Positions 14,033 through 27,120 of a stretch of DNA of 64,000 nt are shown here, in pieces. Both the position numbers and the translations under genes were made by a program. Position 1 is the first letter of the stretch. Every line of letters begins with the position of its first letter. The notes beneath the pieces are model-generated. The model was not told the origin of the DNA. It saw nothing but the letters and a program-made list of their open reading frames with translations, and searched no databases. Source of the DNA: Eledone cirrhosa (lineage: Eukaryota); assembly GCA_964016885.1 (NCBI GenBank), contig OZ024743.1, positions 328,228,001 through 328,292,000 of the forward strand. Direction: 5' to 3'.

Positions 14033-15169
14033 TACAGACACACTTCATATATATATATAATTTCATGTGATTAATAAATAAATCCCTAAACATTTTGACT
14101 ACATAGTCATATTATTGAAATATCTAACGTGGTGGAGAATCATTCCAGATAGAACCACTACTTCTCCGAGTTGAGAGATCACACTGATACTGTGGGCATG
14201 TGGTTAGAATGTCTCAGAAAAGAATCGCTGGACAGATTTTATGGGCAAAAACCAACTGGCAGGAGCCCCAGGGGTTGACCCCAAGCAAGATGGTTGGGTA
14301 ACATCCATAAGGTCAGCTGGTCTCGCTTGGGGATCCAGTCAGATTAGTTGGAAATGGTTGCTTCTGACAGGACTCTCTCAGGAATATGTTGGCGAAGAAG
14401 GAGAGTGTTGACTGTGAAGTAGATAATGCAGCCTTAGTAATTTTCTTAAGTGTAGTTAGACGAAGTGTTAAAAACTAGGTTTGTCAGCTTACCAAATTTA
14501 TCATCATCATCATCATATGTCTGTTTTCCACATTGGCTTGGATTAATTGTAAGTTGTATTTTATTTGGGAGAATGTGGTGCATTATTTAGAGAAGAGGGT
14601 ACCCATCGTAGACCTAACCTAGGCTACTAAATACCCAGGTGCTAACTCCCACCCCACCATTCCCTGTTATAGTGAGTAGTTTAGTATGTGTGTATTTTCC
14701 CTATTGTTTGCGACAAATATCATTGTCTGTACATGTGTCCTACAATAACTTTAGATTGTTTATGAAATATTTTAGTACATATGTGGCCTTCATTAAGTTC
14801 AGATTATTAACGCCTTCCCTATTCTGTCCACTGGGACTGTGGGGTGGCCAGTGTGTGGCCCCCATTTGCTTATAATAATTGTGTCTACTTTTGGCACAAG
14901 GCCAGCAATTACCCAGTGCATTACTGGTACTTTATTTTATCGACCTCATAAGGATGAAAGGCAAAGTTAACCTCGGCGGGATTTGAACTCAGACTTTAAA
15001 AGGACGTAACTCTATGCTACAAAGTATGGCGTCCAGCGGGGCGAGCGAGAGAGATGGAGACAGTGACTATACCAGCGTTGCTGAAGTGTTTTGTGAAGAA
15101 TAATTATTTTATGTATGAATCCTTAAACCAAATAAGATGTATTACTTTGTAACTGAAAGTTTTAATAAT

Positions 15170-15430
15170 TTTGAGTACATATATGGCCTTCATTAAGTTC
15201 AGCTTGTTTATAAAATATTTTAGAACATATGTGGCCTTCATTAAGTTCAGATTGTTTATAAAATATTTCAGTACATATGTGGCCTTCATTAAGTTCAGAT
15301 TGTTTATAAAATATTTTAGTACACATGTATCCTATACTAAATAAAGTTGTTTATGAAATATTTTAGAACATGTGACCTTCACTAACTGCAGTTGTTTATC
15401 AAATATTTTAGTACATGTGTACCACACTAA
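15170..15430. repeat. 48-bp tandem repeat (~5 copies)
   Basis: tattttagtacatatgtggccttcattaagttcagattgtttataaaa; a solo copy lies at ~14750-14810. Confidence 0.85.
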
Positions 15431-15949
15431 ATGCTGATGGTTTAAAAGAACTTTTTGCTGCGCATGAAATATTTTGTGTAAAACATGATATTTGCTGTGT
15501 GAAAATGTGGGACGGTTAAAACAAGAAAAACACAGACAGAAACAATAACCACAAAAACAAAAAAACAAAAAACAAATATGTATAAAAGAATAAAAAAAAG
15601 CAGCTTAACTCTTTGAGTGCCTAAGATGTACAGATATGTGTTTTACCTCCCACACCTTGAATGCTAATGTCGTAAAATGTACAGCTTTTATCTCCCACAT
15701 TGAGTACTAATGACGTATTGGCACAGCTTTTATCTCCCACTTCTTGTGTACTAATTATATTACTGGTATGTTTGAGTTCAGTTTGTGAAGCACACATCCA
15801 TACAAAGTCATCATCTCTTGGGAGAGCTGAACATACTGAGGTTGATAAAATAAAGTACCAATCAATTACTGGGGTTGAAATAATCGACTTTACCCCCCCC
15901 CCCTGCTGGCCTTGTGCCTAAATTACAAATTCTTCTCCTCCTCCTTCTT

Positions 15950-16310
15950 CTTGAGTGGTTTATGGGGGAAGAATTCTCAAATGCTATTTCCAGTGGGTCC
16001 TGTTAGAAGCAACTATCTCCAACTGATCTGGCTAGATTCTCAAGCGAGACCAGCCAAGCTCATGGATGTTATCCAACCATCTTGCTTGGGGTCTACACCT
16101 GGGTCTCCTGCCAGTTGGTTTTGCCTGTAAAATCTGTCCAGCGCCTCTTTCCTGAGACATTCTAACCACATGCCCGTGGTATCGGAACTGTGATCTATCA
16201 ATTTGGAGCAATAGCGGCTCTACCTGGAGTAACTCTCTGATCACTGAGCTACACACTGTGTTGAGTAACGTTACTCCAAAGACCCTTCAGAGGAACCCGA
16301 TTTTGCGATT
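15950..16310 (-). mobile_element. 3' end of a second RTE-type LINE family (other copies ~14120-14390 +, 45990-46370 +, 63790-64000 -)
   Basis: LQVEPLL..I.RSQ.RY.GHV.RM...GRRPR.RP.ARWLDNI, a typical RTE C-terminus, in four dispersed copies. Confidence 0.75.
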
Positions 16311-16674
16311 GTATTCTCTTTAATGTATATTTAATGATCTTTTGAAAAATATAAAACTTGATATTCAATCCTTGCCTTGGTCAGTAAAACACCAAAACTA
16401 TCAGCACTGGCATTGAAATAGTTAAGGAAGCTACATTTGTTTGTCCTTGACTGAAATAAAAGATAGTTTCACAACCAACATCACCATCAACATAATCATC
16501 AACAACATCACCACCTCCTCCTCACTGTCCTCAGCTTGTAGGTTGTGTCCTCAAGCAAGCTACCTCACTCACTGTCCTCAGATGGTGTCTTCTACTCTAA
16601 CCTTGGTCATATCAATGCCTTGTTGGGGAATTTGCTCATTGAATTATAGAGAGACGCCCCATCACACACACAGA

Positions 16675-19600
16675 GATAGTTGATCTCAGATCACTGAACT
16701 ATAGAGTTACCTCCCACCACACAGTGATAGCTGATCTCAGATCACTGAACTATAGAGTTACCTCCCACCACACAGTGATAGCTGATCTCAGATCACTGAA
16801 CTATAGAGTTACCTCCCACCACACAGTGATAGTTGATCTCAGATCACTGAACTATAGAGTTACCTCCCACCACACAGTGATAGCTGATCTCAGATCACTG
16901 AACTATAGAGTTACCTTCCACCCACACAGTGATAGCTGATCTCAGATCACTGAACTATAGAGTTACCTCCCACCACACAGTGATAGCTGATCTCAGATCA
17001 CTGAACTATAGAGTTACCTCCCACCACACAGTGATAGCTGATCTCAGATCACTGAACTATAAAGTTACCACCCACCACACAGTGATAGTTGATCTCAGAT
17101 CACTGAACTATAGAGTTACCTCCCACCACACAGTGATAGCTGATCTCAGATCACTGAACTATAGAGTTACCTCCCACCACACAGTGATAGCTGATCTCAG
17201 ATCACTGAACTATAGAGTTACCTCCCACCACACAGTGGTAGCTGATCTCAGATCACTGAACTATAGAGTTACCTCCCACCACACAGTGATAGCTGATCTC
17301 AGATCACTGAACTATAGAGTTACCTCCCACCACACAGTGATAGTTGATCTCAGATCACTGAACTATAGAGTTACCTCCCACCACACAGTGATAGCTGATC
17401 TCAGATCACTGAACTATAGAGTTACCTTCCACCCACACAGTGATAGCTGATCTCAGATCACTGAACTATAGAGTTACCTCCCACCACACAGTGATAGCTG
17501 ATCTCAGATCACTGAACTATAGAGTTACCTCCCACCACACAGTGATAGCTGATCTCAGATCACTGAACTATAAAGTTACCTCCCACCACACAGTGATAGT
17601 TGATCTCAGATCACTGAACTATAGAGTTACCTTCCACCCACACAATGATAGCTGATCTCAGATCACTGAACTATAGAGTTACCTTCTACCCACACAGTGA
17701 TAGCTGATCTCAGATCACTGAACTATAGAGTTACCTCTCACCCACACAGTGATAGTTGATCTCAGATCACTGAACTATAGAGTTACCTCCCACCACACAG
17801 TGATAGCTGATCTCAGATCACTGAACTATAGAGTTACCTCTCACCCACACAGTGATAGTTGATCTCAGATCACTGAACTATAAAGTTACCTTCTACCCAC
17901 ACAGTGATAGTTGATCTCAGATCACTGAACTATAGAGTTACCTTCTACCCACATAGTGATAGCTGATCTCAGATCACTGAACTATAGAGTTACCTCCCAC
18001 CACACAGTGATAGCTGATCTCAGATCACTGAACTATAAAGTTACCTCCCACCACACAGTGATAGTTGATCTCAGATCACTGAACTATAGAGTTACCTTCT
18101 ACCCACACAGTGATAGCTGATCTCAGATCACTGAACTATAGAGTTACCTCCCACCACACAGTGATAGCTGATCTCAGATCACTGAACTATAGAGTTACCT
18201 TCTACCCACACAGTGATAGCTGATCTCAGATCACTGAACTATAGAGTTACCTCCCACCACACAGTGATAGTTGATCTCAGATCACTGAACTATAGAGTTA
18301 CCTTCTACCCACACAGTGATAGCTGATCTCAGATCACTGAACTATAGAGTTACCTCCCACCACACAGTGATAGTTGATCTCAGATCACTGAACTATAGAG
18401 TTACCTTCTACCCACACAGTGATAGCTGATCTCAGATCACTGAACTATAGAGTTACCTCCCACCACACAGTGATAGCTGATCTCAGATCACTGAACTATA
18501 GAGTTACCTCTCACCCACACAGTGATAGTTGATCTCAGATCACTGAACTATAGAGTTACCTCCCACCACACAGTGATAGCTGATCTCAGATCACTGAACT
18601 ATAGAGTTACCTCTCACCCACACAGTGATAGTTGATCTCAGATCACTGAACTATAAAGTTACCTTCTACCCACACAGTGATAGTTGATCTCAGATCACTG
18701 AACTATAGAGTTACCTTCTACCCACACAGTGATAGTTGATCTCAGATCACTGAACTATAGAGTTACCTTCTACCCACACAGTGATAGTTGATCTCAGATC
18801 ACTGAACTATAGAGTTACCTTCTACCCACACAGTGATAGTTGATCTCAGATCACTGAACTATAGAGTTACCTTCTACCCACACAGTGATAGCTGATCTCA
18901 GATCACTGAACTATAGAGTTACCTTCTACCCACACAGTGATAGCTGATCTCAGATCACTGAACTATAGAGTTACCTCCCACCACACAGTGATAGTTGATC
19001 TCAGATCACTGAACTATAGAGTTACGCCCCACCCACACAGTGATAGCTGATCTCAGATCACTGAACTATAGAGTTACCTTCCACCCACACAGTGATAGCT
19101 GATCTCAGATCACTGAACTATAGAGTTACCTCCCACCCACACAGTGATAGCTGATCTCAGATCACTGAACTATAGAGTTACCTCCCACCACACAGTGATA
19201 GCTGATCTCAGATCACTGAACTATAGAGTTACCTCCCACCCACACAGTGATAGCTGGTCTCAGATCACTGAACTATAGAGTTACCTTCCACCCACACAGT
19301 GATAGCTGATCTCAGATCACTGAACTATAGAGTTACCTTCTACCCACACAGTGATAGCTGATCTCAGATCACTGAACTATAGAGTTACCTCCCACCCACA
19401 CAGTGATAGCTGATCTCAGATCACTGAACTATAGAGTTACCTCTCACCCACACAGTGATAGTTGATCTCAGATCACTGAACTATAAAGTTACCTTCTACC
19501 CACACAGTGATAGTTGATCTCAGATCACTGAACTATAGAGTTACCTTCTACCCACACAGTGATAGTTGATCTCAGATCACTGAACTATAGAGTTACCTTC

Positions 19601-20810
19601 TACCCACACAGTGATAGTTGATCTCAGATCACTGAACTATAGAGTTACCTTCTACCCACACAGTGATAGCTGATCTCAGATCACTGAACTATAGAGTTAC
19701 CTTCTACCCACACAGTGATAGCTGATCTCAGATCACTGAACTATAGAGTTACCTCCCACCACACAGTGATAGTTGATCTCAGATCACTGAACTATAGAGT
19801 TACGCCCCACCCACACAGTGATAGCTGATCTCAGATCACTGAACTATAGAGTTACCTCCACCCACACAGTGATAGCTGATCTCAGATCACTGAACTATAG
19901 AGTTACCTCCCACCCACACAGTGATAGCTGATCTCAGATCACTGAACTATAGAGTTACCTCCCACCACACAGTGATAGCTGATCTCAGATCACTGAACTA
20001 TAGAGTTACCTCCCACCCACACAGTGATAGCTGATCTCAGATCACTGAACTATAGAGTTACCTTCCACCCACACAGTGATAGCTGATCTCAGATCACTGA
20101 ACTATAGAGTTACCTTCTACCCACACAGTGATAGCTGATCTCAGATCACTGAACTATAGAGTTACCTCCCACCCACACAGTGATAGCTGATCTCAGATCA
20201 CTGAACTATAGAGTTACCTCTCACCCACACAGTGATAGTTGATCTCAGATCACTGAACTATAAAGTTACCTTCTACCCACACAGTGATAGTTGATCTCAG
20301 ATCACTGAACTATAGAGTTACCTTCTACCCACACAGTGATAGTTGATCTCAGATCACTGAACTATAGAGTTACCTTCTACCCACACAGTGATAGTTGATC
20401 TCAGATCACTGAACTATAGAGTTACCTTCTACCCACACAGTGATAGCTGATCTCAGATCACTGAACTATAGAGTTACCTTCTACCCACACAGTGATAGCT
20501 GATCTCAGATCACTGAACTATAGAGTTACCTCCCACCACACAGTGATAGCTGATCTCAGATCACTGAACTATAGAGTTACCTCCCACCCACACAGTGATA
20601 GCTGATCTCAGATCACTGAACTATAGAGTTACCTTCCACCCACACAGTGATAGCTGATCTCAGATCACTGAACTATAGAGTTACCTTCTACCCACACAGT
20701 GATAGCTGATCTCAGATCACTGAACTATAGAGTTACCTCCCACCCACACAGTGATAGCTGATCTCAGATCACTGAACTATAGAGACCCCCTCCCCCACAG
20801 TCATAACTGA
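16675..20810. repeat. 51/52-bp satellite, ~80 copies
   Basis: Unit cagtgatag(c/t)tgatctcagatcactgaactatagagttacc(tcccac/ttctacc)caca. Confidence 0.97.
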
Positions 20811-21729
20811 TCTCTGATCACAGAAACCTCACAAACAAATGATGAAGGCACACAACAAGTAGGAGGAGGGTGTGTTAAAGAAGATATTTCCAACCCACGT
20901 AAACATTCAAGTACTATGATATACTTATCATATATACTTGAATATGAGTCAACCCTCTATTTTATGCCTGAGAAATAGGCAAAAATCGAAACCCTGTTTA
21001 TAAGCCGAGGCAGGTAATCAACACATTATGTTTAGATGGTGCAGTTTTGAAATTCTCATGAGTTAAGAATATATTTATGAAGTTTTAATATTTAAAATGT
21101 TTTAAATTTCATTTAGAGTATGGCTTTTGTTTCATAACTATTACATAAGGATTTTTTACCAATTTCTGACTGTTTTGAAGACCGTATTCATACAAAACAT
21201 ATAAAAAACAATAGGAAACACAAATTTCACCTCCAAAAGTAAAAAATATTTTAGCACCTCATTTAAGTAGAATTTTGAAGCTCATGAAAATCGGCAAAAT
21301 ATTTACCTCATTTTACCATTGATTTTTTTTTTTGTCATATATTTCTCTGCTTATATATGAGTATATATGATATATTTCATTACTATACCAATATGTTCTA
21401 TACCATATGTGGCAGAGTTGTTAGAGTGTTAGATATTTGTTCTGAGTCTTTGTCTTCTGAGTTAAAATCCCACCAAAGTCCATTTTGCTTTTCATCCTTT
21501 CAGGGATTGATAAAGTAAGTACTCTCATTCTAGATGTTCCATATGTATGTGAGTGTATCATCATCATCATCATTATCACCATTTAACGTCCACCTTTTCA
21601 TGCAGGCATGGAATAAATGAGTTGTTCCGTTGTGAGAAGAGTCAGGTCAAATGACCACTCTTGCTTATATAGAACAGATTATATATATATCATCATTTCA
21701 TCATTTCATTTTACGTCCACTTTTCCCTG

Positions 21730-23262
21730 CTTGTGAGAGCTATACAAGCCATGTATAAAGAAACAGTCAGCAAGGTTAGAATTAACAACGAATATAGTGA
21801 AGAGTTTAGTGTAAAAGTTGGTGTTCATCAGGGCTCTGTTCTTAGCCCCCTACTATTTATTATTGCCCTCCAGGCTATAACAGTGGAGTTCAAGACCGGC
21901 TGCCCATGGGAACTCCTATACGCAGATGATCTAACGCTCATAGCTGAATCAATGGCCGAGCTAGAGAAGAAATTCCAAACATGGAAGCACGGCCTAGAAT
22001 CAAAAGGCCTTAAAATTAACCTGGCTAAGACTAAAGTTCTAGTTTGTAAGAAACAAAATAAGGTGGCGGTCCCCTCCGGGAAGTGGCCATGCGCAGAGTG
22101 TAGGAAAGGCGTAGGTAGAAATTCCATTTTGTGTCCCAAATGCAAAGTTTGGGTGCATAAAAGATGTAGTGGGATCACAGGTAAGCTAACTAAGAACATA
22201 GATTTTACATGTGGCCGGTATTCTGGGGGGGCAATAAGTAGCAGCAAGTGCCCACAAAATACTAGCTCTTTCAACTGCGCAGAGGGTTCTATAGAAATAG
22301 TGGACAGCTTCCGTTAACTGGGTGACAAAATCAGCAGTGGGGGAGGGTGCTCTGAAAGTACGGTAGCTAGAGTCAGAACTGGGTGGAAAAAGTTCAGAGA
22401 GCTTATACCACTATTAGCCGCTAAAGGGTTCTCCCTAAAAATGAAAGGCAGGCTGTACGATGCCTGCATACGAACAGCAATGTTGCATGGCAGTGAGACC
22501 TGGGCATTGTGTGCAGAGGATATATGCAGACTAGAGAGAAACGAAGCTTGCATGCTCCGCTGGATGTGTAATAGTAATATACGTGAACGACAAAGCATAA
22601 ACGAACTAAGGAAAAAATTAGAAATAAGAGGGATCAGATGTTGTTTACTAGAGAGAAGGCTACGTTGGTATGGTCACGTGATGCGCATGAAGGACGATAG
22701 CTGTATAACAAAGTGCAGGGCAATAAAGATAGACGGTAGCCACGGAATAGGCAGACCCAGAAAAACCTGGGACGAGCTGATAAACTCCGACCTCACACAC
22801 TTACACCTCACCAAGACAATGTCACTGGACCGAGACCTTTGGCGGTACTCAGTAATAGAGAAGACCCGCCTTACCTAAATACAAAGTAAAACCTACTACA
22901 GTCAGTAGGCATCTCTAACAAAATACACCCCCGTCCCACCTCCCCCCACCTCATCCACACCGCCCCCTTCTATGTAAAGTTATGTTGGTGCCACACCATC
23001 CAGGCCGAAACAAATGAGATTGTGTAGGTGTCACGACAAAAAACACACAGTCCACGCTGTAATGTGGCCGTGTAGGCAACACGGTAAAAACCTCCCAGAC
23101 CCACACTGTAAATGTGGTTGGTGTTAGGAAGGGCATCCAACTGTAGAAAACCTGCCAGGCAGTCCTATGCGAGCAAGACAACCACTCTTGCCTCAAGTGG
23201 GAAAACTCCCGTCCAAACCCATGCAAGCGTGGAACACGGACGTTAAACGTTGATGATGATGA

Positions 23263-23266
<4 letters not shown>
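21730..23266 (+). mobile_element. RTE LINE, 5'-truncated (RT core, PHD finger, 3' UTR)
   Basis: GVHQGSVLSPLLF, LYADDL, C4HC3-spaced motif, RLRWYGHV; stop at 22878, then 3' UTR ending ggacgttaaacgttgatgatg. Confidence 0.92.
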
Positions 23267-23357
<91 letters not shown>

Positions 23358-24622
23358 CACAATATGTACTACATGGCTAATCTTACTGTTGTCTTTACTG
23401 TACTTTCCACAATTGAAATGGCTTTCACCTAACCAGAGGTGACCTTCACATTTGCTGTAACCTTCACATTACATATGACCTAGAGGTAGCTGCTAACTAA
23501 CCTAATTGTAGTAATAATTCTATTATAGATGCTATTTATCTCCACCACCACCATCTCCACCTTCTCCTCCGCTATCTTCATCATCTCCTTCACTCCTTAC
23601 CCCCCCCCCCCCCCCCCCTCTGTGTAGCCCAGCTGTTGCAGCTTAGCAGCATTCAATTACAGTTTTGCTCTTATTGCTCTTTGTTATAGGGTAGAAATAT
23701 AATATTTTATACACACACACATATAAACACACATTCATATATATAAACACACACACACATATATATATATATACATACACACACACATATATATACATAC
23801 ATATGTATATGTGTGAGTGTGTTTAGTTCAGATTATTGAGATCATTCTTCACAACTTTGTCCCAGGCCTTCATTGATGTCCCTCTTCCACAGATCCCATC
23901 CACTTCAAGTATGTCAAGTATGTACCTGTCGCTCCTGGTGGAGTCATAGTGTTTCTTGGGCATTTTTTAAAAACCTGGCAGAGCCCATCTCCTCTCCAGG
24001 ACTAAATACAGCAGATTTTCTTCAGAGAAGGTTAGGGAGTAAAAGAAAGGAAGAGAACAAGTGATATAGAGGAAGAATCAACCCCAGTACTAGACTGGTA
24101 CTTTTTTTATTGACCTCAAAAGGATGAAAGGCAAAGTTGACTTTGGCAGGATTTGAACTTTGAGTGCAAAGTGCCAGAACAAATACTGCACACCATCTAT
24201 CTGACGGTTTAATGACTCTGCCAATTCACTAATTTGCTAATTAAAGTACTCAGCATATTTTTTATATAATTCTCTCTCTTCTTAAACATCAGATGACCAT
24301 ACCAGTATAATCATCTCTCTTCTCCATTACATTTCTCTTATTCTCAGCTCACTTATACTCTCTCATTCACTTACACTAACATTACACATCCAGTGAAACA
24401 TACTTGCTTCATATCTTTTTAACTACCACAGATCTTCTGTACCCAGTCCCCATGTTTCCCTGCCATGCAGCATAGTAGTTTGAACACATGCATTATATAA
24501 TCTGCCCTTCTCTCTGAGTGGAGGCACGTGGCATTGTGGTAAAAGTGTTGGACTTACAATCATAATGTCATGGGTTCAATTCCTGGACTGGGTTGCATGT
24601 TGTGTCCTTGAGAAAAACACTT

Positions 24623-24970
24623 CAGACTTAGTCCCTCTGAGACAGACTTTAGACTTAGTCCCTCTGAGACAGACTTTAGACTTAGTCCCTCTGAGACAGA
24701 CTTTAGACTTAGTCCCTCTGAGACAGACTTTAGACTTAGTCCCTCTGAGACAGACTTTAGACTTAGTCCCTCTGAGACAACAGATTTTAGACTTAGTCCC
24801 TCTGAGACAGACTTTAGACTTAGTCCCTCTGAGACAGACTTTAGACTTAGTCCCTCTGAGACAGACTTTAGACTTAGTCCCTCTGAGACAGACTTTAGAC
24901 TTAGTCCCTCTGAGACAACAGATTTTAGACTTAGTCCCTCTGAGACAGATTTTAGACTTAGTCCCTCTGA
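24623..24970. repeat. 27/30-bp tandem repeat (~12 copies)
   Basis: gacttagtccctctgagacagacttta units directly after a SINE head. Confidence 0.93.
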
Positions 24971-25202
24971 AACTGAAGCCTTTGGTTGCCAGCTGAAATA
25001 CACATATTCAATGATAATTCTGGTGTTCTTGGCCTTAGGACCACCTCCCTACTCACCACATGGAGTTGGTTACCTGCAGGTGTGAGCCTCGCGAGCTGGA
25101 ATGGCTCTTCCAACATGTCTCCCTCAGCATCCTTTGGGGAAACACTTTCTCTATTCTGTCCACCGGGACCCCAGGGCAGCCAGTGTGTGGATTCCCATTT
25201 AC

Positions 25203-26702
25203 ATATAATAATGAGAGGTGGGGAGAGTGAGAGAGATGGAGGCAGTGAGTGAAAGAGAGAGTACATCAATCATATAAGAGTGAGAGATGGGGAGAGTGAG
25301 AGAGATGGAGGCAGTGAGTGAAAGAGAGAGTAGAGCAACCCTATAATAGTGAGAGATGGGGAGAGTGAGAGAGATGGAGGCAGTGAGTGAAAGAGAGAGT
25401 AGAGCAACCCTATAATAGTGAGAGATGGGGAGAGTGAGAGAGATGGAGGCAGTGAGTGAAAGAGAGAGTAGAGCAACCCTATAATAGTGAGAGATGGGGA
25501 GAGTGAGAGAGATGGAGGCAGTGAGTGAAAGAGAGAGTAGAGCAACCCTATAATAGTGAGAGATGGGGAGAGTGAGAGAGATGGAGGCAGTGAGTGAAAG
25601 AGAGAGTAGAGCAACCCTATAATAGTGAGAGATGGGGAGAGTGAGAGAGATGGAGGCAGTGAGTGAAAGAGAGAGTAGAGCAACCCTATAATAGTGAGAG
25701 ATGGGGAGAGTGAGAGAGATGGAGGCAGTGAGTGAAAGAGAGAGTAGAGCAACCCTATAATAGTGAGAGATGGGGAGAGTGAGAGAGATGGAGGCAGTGA
25801 GTGAAAGAGAGAGTAGAGCAACCCTATAATAGTGAGAGATGGGGAGAGTGAGAGAGATGGAGGCAGTGAGTGAAAGAGAGAGTACATCAACCCTATAATA
25901 GTGAGAGATGGGGAGAGTGAGAGAGACGGAGGCAGTGAGTGAAAGAGAGAGTACATCAACCATATAATAGTGAGAGATGGGGAGAGTGAGAGAGATGGAG
26001 GCAGTGAGTGAAAGAGAGAGTAGAGCAACCCTATAATAGTGAGAGATGGGGAGAGTGAGAGAGATGGAGGTAGTGAGTGAAAGAGAGAGTAGAGCAACCC
26101 TATAATAGTGAGAGATGGGGAGAGTGAGAGAGATGGAGGCAGTGAGTGAAAGAGAGTACATCAACCATATAATAGTGAGAGGTCGGAAGAGTGAGAGAGA
26201 CGGAGGCAGTGAGTGAAAGAGAGAGTACATCAACCATATAATAGTGAGAGGTGGGGAGAGTGAGAGAGACGGAGGCAGTGAGTGAAAGAGAGAGTACATC
26301 AACCATATAATAGTGAGAGATGGGGAGAGTGAGAGAGACGGAGGCAGTGAGTGAAAGAGAGAGTACATCAACCCTATAATAGTGAGAGATGGGGAGAGTG
26401 AGAGAGACGGAGGCAGTGAGTGAAAGAGAGAGTACATCAACCATATAATAGTGAGAGGTGGGGAGAGTGAGAGAGACGGAGGCAGTGAGTGAAAGAGAGA
26501 GTACATCAACCATATAATAGTGAGAGGTGGGGAGAGTGAGAGAGACGGAGGCAGTGAGTGAAAGAGAGAGTAGAGCAACCATATAATAGTGAGAGGTGGG
26601 GAGAGTGAGAGAGACGGAGGCAGTGAGTGAAAGAGATCAACCATATAATAGTGAGAGATGGGGAGAGTGAGAGAGATGGGGAGAGCTAGATAGACAGGGG
26701 CA

Positions 26703-26760
<58 letters not shown>

Positions 26761-27120
26761 ATCAACCATATAATAGTGAGAGATGAGGAGAGTGAGAGAG
26801 ATGGGGAGAGCTAGATAGACAGGGGCAGTAAAAGAGAGAGAGAGAGAGAGAGAACATCAACCATATAATAGTGAGAGATGAGGAGAGTGAGAGAGATGGG
26901 GAGAGCTAGATAGACAGGGGCAGTAAAAGAGAGAGAGAGAGAGAGAGAACATCAACCATATAATAGTGAGAGATGAGGAGAGTGAGAGAGATGGGGAGAG
27001 CTAGATAGACAGGGGCAGTAAAAGAGAGAGAGAGAACATCAACCATATAATAGTGAGAGATGAGGAGAGTGAGAGAGATGGGGAGAGCTAGATAGATAGG
27101 GGCAGTAAAAGAGAGTACAT
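25203..27120. repeat. Purine-rich 69-bp minisatellite (~21 copies) grading into (GA)n-containing variant units
   Basis: taatagtgagagatggggagagtgagagagatggaggcagtgagtgaaagagagagtagagcaacccta; 23-aa periodicity in the ORFs. Confidence 0.95.

Noticed and set aside
16675-20810. CRISPR-like array (palindromic repeat with variable linker)
   Set aside because: No unique spacers, no cas genes, eukaryotic context; it is a satellite
24958-25200. Coding-looking segment between two satellites (minus-strand ORF with donor-like sites)
   Set aside because: No convincing acceptor or start and no recognisable homology
25199-26644. Leu/Ser-rich 481/275/160-aa ORFs
   Set aside because: Products of the 69-bp purine-rich minisatellite
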